56,247 nucleotides of DNA from Anaeramoeba ignava BMAN. Lineage: Eukaryota > Protista > Anaeramoebae. Of this stretch, positions 1 to 14,485 are shown piece after piece (position 1 is the first letter of the stretch; each line of letters begins with the position of its first letter). Below the pieces are notes generated by a model. It worked only from the letters and a program-made list of their open reading frames with translations, did not search any database and was not told the DNA's origin. The stretch covers positions 315,467-371,713 of the forward strand of contig JAPDFW010000082.1 in the NCBI GenBank assembly GCA_028826165.1, in the 5' to 3' direction. Both the position numbers and the translations under genes were made by a program.

Positions 1-39
1 AACGTAAGACAAAACAAATTATAAAATAAAATTTTTTAA

Positions 40-597
40 TTAAATTATTTGCAATTTCAACATTATTATAAATATAAATATAAATATAAATATAAATATA
101 AAATAAATAAATATAAAATAAATATAAATATAAATATAAATATAAATATAAAAATATAAAAATATAAATATATAAATATAAATATAAAATATAAATATAA
201 ATATAAATATAAATATAAATTTCATAAATATAAATATAAATATAAACATAAAATAAACATAAAAATATAAATATAAATATATATAAATATAAATATAAAT
301 ATAAATATAAATATAAATATAAATATAAATATAAATATAAAATAAATATAAATATAAAATATAAATATAAAAATAAAATATAAATATAAATATAAATATA
401 AATATATAAAATATAAATTATAAATATAAATATAAATATAAATATAAATATAAATATAAATATAAATATAAATATAAATATAAATATAAATATAAATATA
501 AATATAAATATAAATATAAATATAAATATAAATATAAATATAAATATAAATATAAATATAAATATAAATATAAATATAAATATAAATATAAATATAA
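40..597. repeat. (TATAAA)n microsatellite, probably the intron upstream of the kinase exon
   Basis: Near-perfect TATAAA array preceded by a GTAAGA donor-like motif at position 4. Confidence 0.9.
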
Positions 598-618
598 TTA
601 TAATTATAAAATTCAAAA

Positions 619-2362
619 TTGATGCAAAAAAAAAGATATCATTCATTCGAGAATCTTCGTGAAAAAAGTTGGTATGAAAAAAGTTTCAATGAAATTCAAC
701 CAATTGGATCAGGTGCTTTTGGAAAAGTTTTTATAGCTAGACATAAAATTGATCAAAATTATTATGCTATTAAAAAAATCCCACTTGTTTTATCACATTT
801 ATATGAATCATTAAAAGAGGTTCGATGCCTTGCGAATCTTCGTCATCAAAATATTGTTCGATACTATAATGTATTTTTTAGCAATATTTTATTTCAATAA
901 AATTTCCAAATTAATTAATTTGATTTTCCTCTTTTAAATATTCTTTTATTAGGCATGGATAGATGTCGGGAATTATCCTATTAAGCCTAATGAAGATATC
1001 CATTCAGTTTCTTCAGAACTTATTCGCAAACCATTAAAATCTCAAGTTTATCAAGAATTTCAGCCACTAACTAATCAAAATGTTAATTGGCCAGAAATTG
1101 ATGAATTTAACATAAATAATAAATCTTTTGGAGTTAAAAATAATTCAATTACCGATAATAATGTAATAAATTATTTTCCTCAAGTAACAGAAGATGTGCC
1201 AAAAATAACTGAAGATTTTTTTGGAAAAAAAGAATTGAATTTAAAATTGAAAAAAAGAAATTTAACAGAATCAGAATCAGAATCAGAATCAGAATCAAAA
1301 TATTTGAATTTAAAATCGAAAAAAAGAAATTTAATAGATTCAGATTCAAATTCAGATTCAAATTCATATTCAGATTCAGATTCAAATTCATATTCATATT
1401 CAGACTCAGATTCATCACAAATTGAAAACTTTTCTATTAATTCCAAAAAAAAATATCAAATCGCCAACTTATCAGATATTTTTTCGAGTACGGAATTAGA
1501 AAAAAATATGAATACAACATCTTTAACAACTGTTTCAGCTGAAACTATGCCTGAATTTATATTTCCAAAGAAGAAGAATCCAGAAGTACCAAATTTATAT
1601 TTATACATTCAAATGGAATTATGCTACAATGAAACATTAAGAACATGGCTTAACATTGAATCAAGAACAGTAAAGATTCCAGAGATCAAAAATATATTCA
1701 CACAAATCCTTCAAGGAGTCTTGCATTTCCATGAACTGAATATTGTTCATCGGGATCTTAAACCTGAAAATATTTTTCTTTCGCGAGATCAACATATTAA
1801 AATTGGAGATTTTGGGATTTCTGAGTTTATTTCACCCAAAGATAAAATTTATTCCAAAAATAATAAAGTTTATGGAACATTGATTTATGCAAGTCCAGAA
1901 CAACTTGATCCTCAAAAACCAATTGATCAAAAATCCGATATTTATTCACTTGGAATTATTCTTTTTGAATTGCTTTATCCCTTTTATACCCAAATGGAAA
2001 GAATAAAAATGATAACTCAACTTCGTGAAAAACAAGAATTACCAAAAGAATTTTACGAAAAATATCCGGAAGTAAGAAGACTATTTATTTATTTCAATTA
2101 TTTCAATAATTTTCTCAATTCCGTTTTTATTTTATTTTTTAAAATTATCTTTTTTTTTTGGTAATTTTTTTAGTTTTCTGAATTAATTCTTCAAATGGTT
2201 TCTCTTGATCCACAAAAACGCCCAACTTGTAAACAACTTTTAAATAATCCTTTATTTAAATCTAAAGAGGATTTACTTCTTTTATCTCAAAAATTATTGA
2301 AAAAAAAAGACAAAATTAAAAAATTAAAAGAACAAATTTTGCATTTAAAATCAAAAATTTGA
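619..2362 (+). CDS. eIF2alpha kinase, HRI/EIF2AK1-like (5' end may lie upstream of the window)
   Basis: GSGAFGKV, YAIKKI, EVRCLANLRHQNIVRYYN|AWID across intron 871-952, long acidic kinase insert, LYLYIQMELC, HRDLKPEN, KIGDFG, GTLIYASPEQ. Intron 2072-2173; last exon ends in a coiled-coil-like tail, TGA at 2360-2362. Confidence 0.88.
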
Positions 2363-2717
2363 AAAAAAAAACAACAACATAAAACAAAGAAAGAAATATA
2401 AAGAAAGAAAGAAAGAAAGAAAGATAAAATTGTGAATTCTCATTTGTTTAAAATTCATTTTTATTATTTAGTTATAAATGATATTGAAGATAGTTTTGTT
2501 ATAATTTGGAATACAAAATGTGAAAAAAAGAAGAAGAAAAATTTAAATTGTTTAAAAAAGAAAATTGAGAGAAAGAAATCAAAAAACAAACCAAAGAAAA
2601 AAGAAAAAAGAAAATAATCATTCGAAGAAAGAAATTAATAAAAACAAAAAACCTTTTTAATTGATAATTTTGAATTTTTAATATTTAATATTTTAATTTT
2701 AATTCTTATTTTAATTC

Positions 2718-4808
2718 TTATTTTAATTCTTCAGGACATTTAATAATATAAATTTTTCTTCCAGAAATTTTAATCATTTGTAATAATTTTGTAATATCAA
2801 TTCCAAAATCACAACAAATTTGATCAAAAGAATGTTTTCCATCAAAAGTTTTCAAAATTAAAGAAAGTAGAAATGCATGATGTTTTTGTTCATGATGAAC
2901 ATCTTGAAGCCATTTTTGACCTTTTTGAAGATGTATTTCTTGGTTTTGTGTTTGTTCGTTATTTTGATTTTGTCGAAATTTTTGGAATTCATGAATAAAT
3001 TTGAGTTGCTCAAGTTGATTCTTAAATTGAAGTAATGGTTGTTTGTGAATTTCAAGAATTGGAAATGATTGAACTTTTGAGATCAGATAATTGAGTTCTC
3101 CAAAAGTTATCAAAGAAACTTCATCAATTCCAAATTTATGAGGAGAATATTGTCTGCAAAAATTTGCATAATTTGATTTTAATGATAATCTGCAATAAAG
3201 AGTGAAAATTTTGTGTAAGAATTGATATTTAATTCTCTTTTTGATTAATTTCATTTTAATTTCATTTTCTTTTGTATTTTCAAATATTTGATCTTGTTGA
3301 TCAAAAGGTGAATTTTCAATAATCATTTGAAAATTTTCTTCTTTCATTTCTTTTTCTTTTTCTTCATTCAAATTTGGATCTGATGTATTTTTTGGTTCGT
3401 TTTTATCTGTTTTTCCCATTTCTCCCTCATCGGTTCTTCCTGAGAAAATATCAACAAATATTATTGGTGAGTTTTTTCCATAAACTTATAATCTATTTTA
3501 TTGAAAAGAAAGAAAAAGAATAACAAAAATTTGTTTTTTTACCTTTTTCAATCTTGTTTGCACTCTCATCGGGAATGATACTTGAATCATTGGTCAATTC
3601 CTTATTTCTCTGTGCTTCCAGATTTTGTTGGATGCTTTCTATGTTTTTAATTTGTTCTTTGTGTTGATGTGAATACTTCTGCTGGAAGTAAATTTGGAGT
3701 AAATTTTGATTTTCATCAATTTTATTAGAAAAATAACTAGAAATTTCAGAAATGGGATGAAGAAGAACAGTTTTGAGACATTTTTTCTGAAGCTCTTTAT
3801 TATGCAGAAGCTGGAAAATATTAGGAGTGGATATATAGGTGTTAGCATATTGGAAAACATTAACAAGACGAATAATATCTAAATAAAGTAATCTTGAAAT
3901 GCAAATTTTCACAATTTCGAGCTCAATTTCTGTCTCGTATGCTATAAGTTTTATATATTTTTTCCCATCAATTTTACTCAAGACTTTCTGAACCGCAAGA
4001 TCCCATTCGCCAATTGGGTAAGATTCTATTTGTTGGATAAATATGGGCACATGATCGTCGCGTATTTGATATCGATATTTCCCGAATTTGGGAATTGTTT
4101 TTAGATATATGCCTAAGGGCAAGTTCTCATGGAGATCATTCACTCTCTTGTTCTTCAAAGACATCTCATTTTGAAGAGGGTTTGTTGGTGTTGTATCAGT
4201 GGGTTTTTTTCGGTTTGAAAATATCCCATCAAACTGAAATTCTTTTTTTTGATTGAGTTCTTGATAAATTTCTATAAGAATTTGTTGGATCTCATCCCGT
4301 TTTTTGATATTTGAAAGTGCTTGATTTTGTTCTTCATTTAACTTCATAATTCTTGATAATTTTTCAATTACTTTTTCATAAGGAATTATTTTTTCGTAAT
4401 TGATCTCTCGAGAAAATACAAAGCAAATATTAAATATATACATGTTTCGTTCATATTTTCCCGATTGGACAACTGTAGAACAACCCATTACTCTAAATTG
4501 ATCAACAGATCTTTTTTTTTTTTTTAACAAATCAAAATCAAATCCAAAAAAAATTAAATTAAAAAAAAATTAATAAATGATTTTGTTTACATTGTAATAA
4601 CATTTCCACTATATTCTGGTTTAGTAACAATATATTTTGCTATTTTGGAAAATTTGGATGTTAAAATTTTACTAAATAAAAATAAATTATTTTATAAATT
4701 TTTAATTTAATTTTTTAATTTTTTAATTTTTTACTTTTCAGGAAATTGAAAAGAGATTTTTGGTCCTTGTTTATTATCAAATTCACAAAAAAGAATTGAT
4801 TCAATCAT
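2718..4808 (-). CDS. NPRL2: Nitrogen permease regulator 2-like (GATOR1 subunit)
   Basis: Exon 1 MIESILFCEFDNKQGPKISFQFPE, then KYIVTKPE, KYERNMYIFNICFVF, WDLAVQKVLSKIDG, NVFQYANTY and C-terminal FDGKHSFDQICC. Joins ORFs 3493-4530 and 2718-3419 via GT-AG introns. Confidence 0.88.
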
Positions 4809-5071
4809 AAATACAAATTTAAAAAGAAAAAAGAAAGAAAAAAAATGAAAATTTAATTTTTTTTTATTAAAAACCTAAGTTAATTTTATTTTATTTTTAA
4901 ATTTTAATTTTCATTTTAATTTTTAATTTTAATTTTCTTTTTAATTTTAATTTTCTTTTTGATTTTAATTTTAATTTTAATTTTTAATTTTTAATTTTCT
5001 TTTTAATTTTAATTTAATTTTATTTTTAATTTTTAATTTTAATTTTAATTTTAATTTTAATTTTATTATTT

Positions 5072-7688
5072 TTAATTTTCTTTTTCATTTTCATTTTCAT
5101 TTGGAGATTTATATTTATGAATTCTAAATTGATTGATAAAATTGTGAAGGGTTTTTTCATCTTTAAAATTAAGAGTAACTGATTTATTTTGAGTAACAAT
5201 AGCACATAAATGAGGGTCAATTTTATTGGTTTTTAAAATAGGATAATCTGAAGTAATTTTCAAATCTTGAAAACCAAGAGTAGGATGATCCAATGATAAA
5301 ATTCCATTAGGTTTTAATTTCAATATTGAGGTTTCTCCTAATAAATTTTCTGAAGAAGGTTGAACTTGAAAAATATATTCTTTTCCATATTTGTTAAAAT
5401 ATTTGAAAAAAGTATTGCGAAATCTTTGAATATCTTGAAGTGAATTAAAACTTAGAATATAATTTTGTTCGTTTGTAAATTTCATTTTAATTAAAAGAGG
5501 ATTTCTTGGATGGAAAGAAACCTAAAAATTCATTTATAAAATTAAAATTCATTTATAAAATTAAAATTAAAATTAAAATTAAAATTCATTTATAAAATTA
5601 AAATTAATTTATAAAATTAAAATTCATTTATAAAATTAAAATTAATTTATAAAATTAAAATTCATTTATAAAATTAAAATTAATTTATAAAATTAAAATT
5701 AATTTATAAAATTAAAATTCATTTTAAAATTAAAATTAATTTATAAAATTAAAATTAATTTATAAAATTAAAATTCATTTATAAAATTAAAATTAATTTA
5801 TAAAATTAAAATTCATTTATAAAATTAAAATTAATTTATAAAATTAAAATTCATTTATAAAATTAAAATTAATTTATAAAATTAAAATTAATTTATAAAA
5901 TTAAAATTAATTTATAAAATTAAAATTCATTTATAAAATTAAAATTAATTTATAAAATTAAAATTCATTTTAAAATTACTTCAAATTTGGGATTGTAATC
6001 GAAAAATAATTTCTCTTCCTCAATTATTAATCCAATTCCTTTTGTTGTAAAACTTAAAATTCCTTCTTCTGAATCTTCTTTAAATTTCCCACTTTTTGAT
6101 ATTATGACCATAAATTTTGTTTTATCCATTTTCGATATTTTATTTTGCGTTTTTGTGAATTTTGTTATAAAATTTTCAAGATCTTTCACTCTTTTAAATT
6201 TAGCTAAAATTTTTGAGTCATTCAATTTCAAAATGAGAATATTTCTTTTTGAAGATTTTCGAAATAACTGAATTAAATTTGTGTTTTTTTTTTAATTAAT
6301 AAATAAATTAAATAAATTAAATAAATTAAATAAATTAATACAAGACAATTCGAATCTAAAATAAAATCTTGGTTTGTTTCTTCGTTTTGAAGTTTAAGTT
6401 TTTCTTTCCCAAAAATAAAATTTGCGGATTTTGTTGAATCATCAGTAATATTTAATAATTCAACATTAAAAGAGTCTTTATCTTGTTGAATATCAAGGAT
6501 TTCTTGGTTTGAGTTGTCTTCTATTTTTTCTATTTCAAATGATTGAGGAATTTCTTTAACTTCAAAAGAATTAGAAAGTTCTTTAACTTGAGGAATAGTA
6601 AAATTTTCAGAAACTAAAGGAATATCTTGAGGAGTAGAAATTTTTTGAGTTGAATCATCAATTTGTTCCAAATTTTCAATTTTGATTTCGTTCATTTGCT
6701 CTATTTCTTCTATTTCTATTTCTTGGACTTCATCATTCTTGATTTGCTTTATTTCTTGAATTTCAATGCTCTTGATTTCTTGGTTTTTTTCAGTTTTTTT
6801 TGCTGTTTCCTCTTTATATAAATCATCTTTGTTATCAAAAGGAATTATTGTTTCGAGAGCTGCTAAATTAATTTCTTTCATACTTCCATGAATGGATGAT
6901 CTTAAACTGCTATCATCTGACGAATCTCTTAATTTTTTTAATTTTCGAAAATGCTTTTTTCCGATTTTTGGATTTTCTGGAACTCGAGTAACTGAATCTT
7001 TTTTGAATGTAATTAACAGTTGATTTTGTTTAATTCCTTTATAATAATAAAATGACTTAAATAGAAAATAAGCAGAATATGGGTTTTTGCAGTCAACAAT
7101 AATACTATGGTGTCGAGATTTAATTTTGATATTTTTTGGTGATTTAGAATCAATTCGACACTTTGAATAAAATAAAATAAAATTAATTTACATAAAACTA
7201 AAAAATTTTTTTTTGATTGTTAATTACAATAGGATTTTGGTTCCATTTAAGTGTAATTTTACGAAAGTTTTTCATTTGAATAGTTGTAAAGTTTTCAGTG
7301 ATTTGAATTGTGGATAAAATGAAACCTTGATTTTCAATTGAGCATAAAAATTTAAACATAATATTCCCTCTTTTATAAGATTTCCAAAGAATTGCATCAA
7401 GTTCATCATTAACTAAAAAAAGTTGTGTTTTGTTTTGTTTTGTCAGTTTACAAATTTTAAACAGAACAAATTTTTGTGAATATTTACGAGTGAGTATTTT
7501 TCCAGATGGATTAAAGTCAATGAATCCAGATTCAAATAAATCATGATTATATATTTGAAGCATTTTGAATGTTCTTGATATAATCTCAGATTCTGTACTA
7601 TTTTTTGTTATTAACAAAATACAAGAATCTGGATTTATTTGTAGTCTTAATAATGTATCATTTTGAACAGATGTTGAAATCTATTTTA

Positions 7689-7779
<91 letters not shown>

Positions 7780-7784
7780 ATACA

Positions 7785-7851
<67 letters not shown>

Positions 7852-10800
7852 ACAAATAAATAAATAAATAAATAAATAAATAAATATAAATAAAAAAAAA
7901 AACAAAATAAAAATAAATAAATATATAAATAAATAAATAAATAAAAATATAAATAAACATATAAACAAATTTAAAAAAAAAAAATTATATAAATAAATAA
8001 TAAATAAATAAAAAACATAAAAAAATAACATAAACAAAATAATAAACAACAATAAATAAATATAAATAAATAAAATAATAAAACATAAAATAAATAAATA
8101 AACAAAAAATAAAAACAAATAAACATAAAAACAAATAAATAAACAAATAAATATATAAACAACATATATAAAAACAAATAAAATAAAATATAAACATACA
8201 AAAATAAAATATATAAAAAAAATATATAAACAAATAAAAATATAATAAATAAATAAATAAACAAAATAAATAAAAAAAAAAAAAAAAAAAAATAAATAAA
8301 CAAACAAATAAATAAATAAATATATAAATAAAAATATTAAACAAAACAAATAAAATATAAAAACATAAACAAACAAATAAATAAACAAATAAATATAAAA
8401 AAAACAACAATAAATAAAATATATAAATAAAAATATATAAAATAAATATATAAATAAATATATAAACAAATAAACAAATAAATAAAAAAAACAAAACAAT
8501 ATATAAATAAATAACAATAAAAATATAAACAAACATAAAAAAAAAATAATAAATAAACAAACAAACATATAAATAAATAAATAAATATATAAACAAACAA
8601 AAATATATAAAATAAAATATAAAACAAAATAAATATAAATAAAATAAATAAATATAAAAAAAAAATAAAAAATTAAACAAAATATATAAAAACAAAAAAT
8701 AAATAAATAAAAAAAACAAAATAAATAAAATAAACAAATATAAAATAAACAAACAAAAATAAACAAATAAACAAAAATAAAAAATAAACAAAATAAAAAA
8801 AAAAAAAATAAATAAACAAACAAATAAAAATAAATGAAAATAAATAAATGGAAAATATATAAAAACAAATATACAAATAAAATATATAAATAAAAAATAA
8901 ACAAAAAAAATAAATAAAAAAAAAAAATAAACAAAAAAAAAAAAAAAAAAAATAAATAAATTAAACAAATATATAAATAACAATAAATAAAATAAATATA
9001 AACAAACATATAAAAAAAAAACAAAACAAAATATAAATAAAATAAAAATAAATAAATAAAAAATAAACAACAAAAAAATAAATAATAAAAATATATATAA
9101 ATAAATATATAAAAAAAAATATAAATAAAATGTAATAAAAAAATAAAAAATAAATATATAAATAAATATATAAACAAATAAAAAATAAATAAATAATAAA
9201 TAAAAATAATATATATAAATAAAATATATAAAAACAAAAAATATATGAAAAATAAATAAACAACAAATAACATATATAAATAAAATATAAATATAAAAAA
9301 TAAAAATAAAAATATAAACAAACAATAAATAAAATAAATAAATAAAATAAATATAAAAAAACAAAACCAAATAAAATAAACAAACATAAATAAAAACAAA
9401 TAAATAAAAACAAATAAATAAATAAAAATAAATATATAAAAAATAAATATAAATAAAAAATATAAATAAAAAATAAATATATGAAATAAATATATAAACA
9501 AAAATATAAAATAAATAATATAAATAAATAATATAAATAAATATATATAAAATAAACATATAAAACAAATATAAAATATAAACAAAATAAATAAAATATA
9601 AATATATAAATAAATATAAAATAAATAAACATATAAATAAATATATAAATAAATAAAATAATATATAAATAAATATATAAAAAAATAAATAAATATAAAC
9701 AAATAAAAATAAATAAACAAAATAAAATAAATATATAAATAAAAATATAAATATAAATATATAAACAAAATTATAAATAAAAAATAAATAAATAAAATAT
9801 ATAAATAAATATATAAAAAATATAAATAAAAAATAAAATAAAATATATAAAATAAAATATAAATAAAAAATAAACAAATAAATAAATGAAAAAATAAAAA
9901 TAAAATATAAATAAACAAATATAAAATAAAAAAATAAATAAAAATATAAAAACAAATAAATAAATATATAAACAAAAAAAATAAAATATAAAAAATATAT
10001 AAACAAATATATAAAATAAAATAAAATAAATATATAAATTAAAAACAAAAAATAAATAAATAAAAACATAAATACAAAATAAATAAATATAAAAAAATAC
10101 ATAAATAAACAAATATATAAATAAAAATATAAAATAAATAAATAAATATATAAAACAAATATATAAAATAAACATATAAAATAAAAATATATAAACAAAA
10201 AATATATAAACAAACATATAAAAAATATATAAAATAAAAACATATAAATAAAATATATAAAATAAAAAATATATAAATAAAATAAATATAAATAAAACAT
10301 AAAATAATAAAATAAATAAATAAACAAATAAAAAAAATAAAAATAAAAAATAAAAAAATATGTAAAATAAATATATAAAAAAAAAAAAAAAATAAATAAA
10401 TAAAATAAACAAATAAATAAACAAATAAATATAAAAAAATAAAACAAATATATAAAAATAAAATATAAAACAAATATATAAATAAACATATAAATGTAAA
10501 ATATAAATAAAAAAAATAAATATAAATAAAATATATAAATAAATTTATAAACAAATTATAAACAAAATATAAAAATAAATATATAAAATAATTATAAAAT
10601 AAATAAAAAATTTAAAAACAAAAAAATATAAAATAAATAAATAAATAAATATATAAATAAATATATAAAACAAAATTTATAAATAAACTTTACAAATAAA
10701 CTTATAAATAAACTTGTAAACAAATATATATAAATAAATATATAAATAAATATGTAAATAAATATGTAAATAAATATATAAATAAATATATAAATAAATA

Positions 10801-11275
10801 TATAAATAAATATATAAATAAATTTATAAATAAATTTGTAAATAAATTTATAAATTTGTAAATAAATTTGTAAATAAATTTATAAATAAATATAAATAAA
10901 TTTGTAAATAAATATATAAATAAACTTGTAAATAAATTTGTAAATAAACTTGTAAATAAACTTGTAAATAAATTTATAAATAAATTTGCTTGAGAATTTT
11001 GAATTTCTATAATAAAAATACTTTAGTTGAAAAAATTGAATTTCGGAATTCAATATTTTCAGAATTAATTAAAGTTTGTATTGTAAATGAATCATGTAAA
11101 AGATTTAACTGTGCAGGATAATGTTTATTTTGAATTAAAACTTTTACCTAAAAAATTTTAATTTTAATTTAAATTATTTTATTTTTTTTATTTTTTTTAT
11201 TTTTTATTTTTTTACTTCAAAATTTGAAGATTCTTTAATAAAATTTATTTGAATTTTGTTAAAAATATCAATCAT
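5072..11275 (-). CDS. Multi-exon hypothetical protein with repeated beta-rich (possibly PH-like) modules and a Glu-rich linker
   Basis: ATG at 11275, exon near 11147-11022, about 3.3-kb intron to AG at 7682-7681, then an exon in frame with ORF 7198-7617, followed by ORFs 6273-6881, 5965-6231 and 5072-5485. Some junctions are uncertain and the domain call is inference. Confidence 0.5.
5522..5977. repeat. Intronic about 19-nt AT minisatellite (ATAAAATTAAAATT[C/A]ATTT)
   Basis: Tandem copies fill the intron between ORFs 5965-6231 and 5072-5485. Confidence 0.85.
7683..10990. repeat. About 3.3-kb degenerate (TAAA)n / A-rich satellite, intronic
   Basis: Clean (TAAA)n at 7690-7880, scrambled A/T/C almost without G in the middle, and a 12-mer TAAATAAATTTG-type array at the right end. 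Confidence 0.85.
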
Positions 11276-11634
11276 TTTTAATTTGGGGGTTGAATTAAGA
11301 AAAATAAAAAAAAATAAATTAAAAATAAAAATTAAAATTAAAATTAAAATTAAAAATTTTTTAATTGTCTTGTTTATTTAAAAAAGATCAATAAAAAAAA
11401 AAATAAAAAAAAAATTTTTTTTTCTTATTACTTAATTTTTACGAAAAATTAATAATTTTATTATTTGAGTATAAAAGAAAAAAAAAAATTTTTTTTTTGA
11501 TCATTTTTTCTTTTTAAATTTCTACTTTTTTAAAATAGATTTTTAAACTTTATTATATTTTTTTTCCTTTTTTTTTATTAAATTAAAAAAAAAAAAAAAA
11601 CTTAAAAAGTAGGATTTCTTATTAAATAAAATCA

Positions 11635-14189
11635 ATGGCAGAACCAGAAACATTTAAATTTGAAGCAGAAATTAATCAACTCCTTAGTTTGATTATCAAC
11701 ACCTTTTATTCAAATAAAGAAGTTGCATTAAGAGAATTAATTAGTAACTCATCTGATGCATTAGATAAAATTAGATATAAAGGATTGAAAGACAAAACAC
11801 AATTAGAAGGTGCACCAGAACTTTTTATTCATTTACTTCCTGATAAAGAAAACAATACATTAACAATTCAAGATACAGTAAGTGTCTTTTGTTTTTGTTT
11901 TTATTTTTATTTTTGTTTTTATTTTTATTTTTATTATTGTTTTTATTATTGTTTTTGTTTTTATTTTTATTTTTATTTTTATTTTTGTTTTTATTTTTGT
12001 TTTTTATTTTTATTTTTATTTTTATTTTTGTTTTTGTTTTTATTTTTGTTTTTGTTTTTATTTTTATTTTTATTTTTATTATTTTTGTTTTTATTTTTGT
12101 TATTAAATGTTTATTTATTTTGTTTTATTATTTTTAGGGTATTGGAATGACAAAAGATGAATTGGTTGCTAATTTAGGAACAATCGCTCGTTCAGGAACT
12201 AAATCATTTATGGAAGCTTTAACTGCTGGTGCTGATATTTCTATGATTGGTCAATTTGGTGTTGGTTTTTATTCAGCTTTTTTGATTGCAGACAAAGTTA
12301 CAGTTATCAGTAAACACAATGATGACCAACAATACATCTGGGAATCAAGTGCTGGTGGAACTTTCACAATCACTCCTGATAATGGAGAACCACTTGGAAG
12401 AGGAACAAAAATTATCCTTCATTTGAAAGATGATCAATTAGAGTTTTTGGAAGAAAGCAAAATCAAAAACATTGTCAAGAAACACAGTGAGTTCATTTCA
12501 TATCCAATTTCTTTATGGAAGGAAGAAGAAAAAGAAACTGAAATTTCTGATGATGAAGATGAAGATGAGAAAAAAGAAGAAGATGAAAAGAAAGATGAAG
12601 ACGAGAAGAAAGATGAAGATGAGAAGAAAGATGAAGATGAGAAGAAAGATGAAGATGAAAAGAAGGAAGAAGATGAAAAGAAAGATGAAGATGAAAAGAA
12701 AGATGAAGATGACCAAACAGACCAACCCAAAGTTGAAGAAATTGATGAAGAGAAAGAAAACGAGAAGAAAGAAAAGAAAAAGAAGAAGATCAAAACTGTT
12801 ACTCATGACTGGGAACTTCTTAACAAACAAAAACCCATCTGGACAAGAAAACCTGATGAAATCACCAAAGAAGAATATGCTTCCTTCTACAAGACCATTT
12901 CCAACGATTGGGATGAACATATGGCTGTCAAACACTTTTCTATTGAAGGATCTCTTGAATTCACAGCCATTTTATTTGTTCCCAAAAGAGCACCATTCGA
13001 TTTGTTTGAACCACGCAAGAAGATGAATAACATCAAACTTTATGTGCGCAGAGTGTTTATTACCGACGAGGCTAAGGATATCATTCCCGAATATCTTAAC
13101 TTTGTCAAGGGTATTGTTGATTCTGAAGATTTGCCATTGAACATTTCTCGAGAAACCCTTCAACAAAACAAGATCATGAGAGTTATCAAGAAGAACTTGA
13201 TAAAGAAATCAATCGAGCTTTTCAACGACATTAGCGAAAATAAAGAGGATTTCAAGAAGTTCTACGAGTCATTTGGCAAGAATATCAAACTCGGAATTCA
13301 CGAAGATTCTGAAAATCGAGACAAACTTGCTGAACTTCTTCGTTACAACTCAACTAAAAGCAAGGACGAGCTTACCAGTTTGAAGGATTACGTGACACGA
13401 ATGAAGGATGGACAAAAATCCATCTATTACATCACAGGCGAAAGCAAAGAAACTGTTGAAAAATCACCATTTCTTGAGAAGATGAGAAAGAAGGATATTG
13501 AGGTTCTTTTCTTGACTGAACCCATTGATGAATACTGTGTCACACAACTCAAAGAATACGAAAAGAAAAAACTTATCAACATTACAAAGGAAGGTCTCGA
13601 TCTTGAAGAGACAGAAGAAGAAAAGAAGAAGGCAGAAGAACTCAAACAACAAAATGAGGCTCTTTGCAAGTTCATGAAGGATGCACTTGGAGACAAAGTT
13701 GAGAAAGTTGTTGTTGGCAAACTTTTGACCGACACTCCATGCATTCTTGTAACTGGCGAGTTTGGATGGTCAGCAAATATGGAAAGAATTATGAAGGCTC
13801 AAGCTCTTCGTGATAGCACAATGTCTACTTATATGGTTTCCAAAAAAACACTTGAAATTAATCCAGAACATTCTATCATTTCTGAATTGAGAACCAAAGT
13901 TGATAAGGATTCAAGTGATAAGCATGCCAAAGAATTGGTTGTTCTTCTTTTTGAATCTGCTTTACTTTATTCAGGATTTTCATTAGATGATCCTTCTGGA
14001 TTTGCAAAGAGAATTCACAACATGATTGCTGTTGGATTGGGTGTACAAAATGATGGTCCTACTTTGGATCTTGATCAAGAACTTCCTAAGTTAGAGACTC
14101 AAGATGAAGTTGAGAAGATTGAAGATGAGAAAGATGAGAAAGAAAAGAAAGAAACTGAAGATGATATGGATATGGAAAATGTTGATTAA
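11635..14189 (+). CDS. HSP90: Cytosolic heat shock protein 90
   Basis: [38 protein letters not shown], intron 11878-12137 restoring IQDT|[39 protein letters not shown]-terminal MENVD. Confidence 0.98.
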
Positions 14190-14485
14190 TTCTTTTAACA
14201 TAACAAAAACAAAACAAAACAAAAACAAAACAAAACAAAACAAAACAAAACAAAAACAAAACAAAACAAAAACAAAATTCAAAACCTTTTTCTTTCTTTC
14301 TTTTTTTTTTTAACTCAAAAATTAATTAAAAGAAACTAAACTTCTCAAGTTCAATCAACAATCAAAAAAAAGTTTTTTTCATTTTTTTATTTTCTTTTTT
14401 TTCTTTTTCTTTTTCTTTTTACAAACAAAATTCAAAACAAAATTCAAAACAAAACAAAAACAAAACAAAACAAAACAAAATTAAA

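Noticed and set aside
7658-10554. Long F/I/Y/L-rich ORFs (up to 834 aa) on the minus strand
   Set aside because: They are translations of a T-rich satellite that lacks stop codons by composition and is open in all frames; not proteins.
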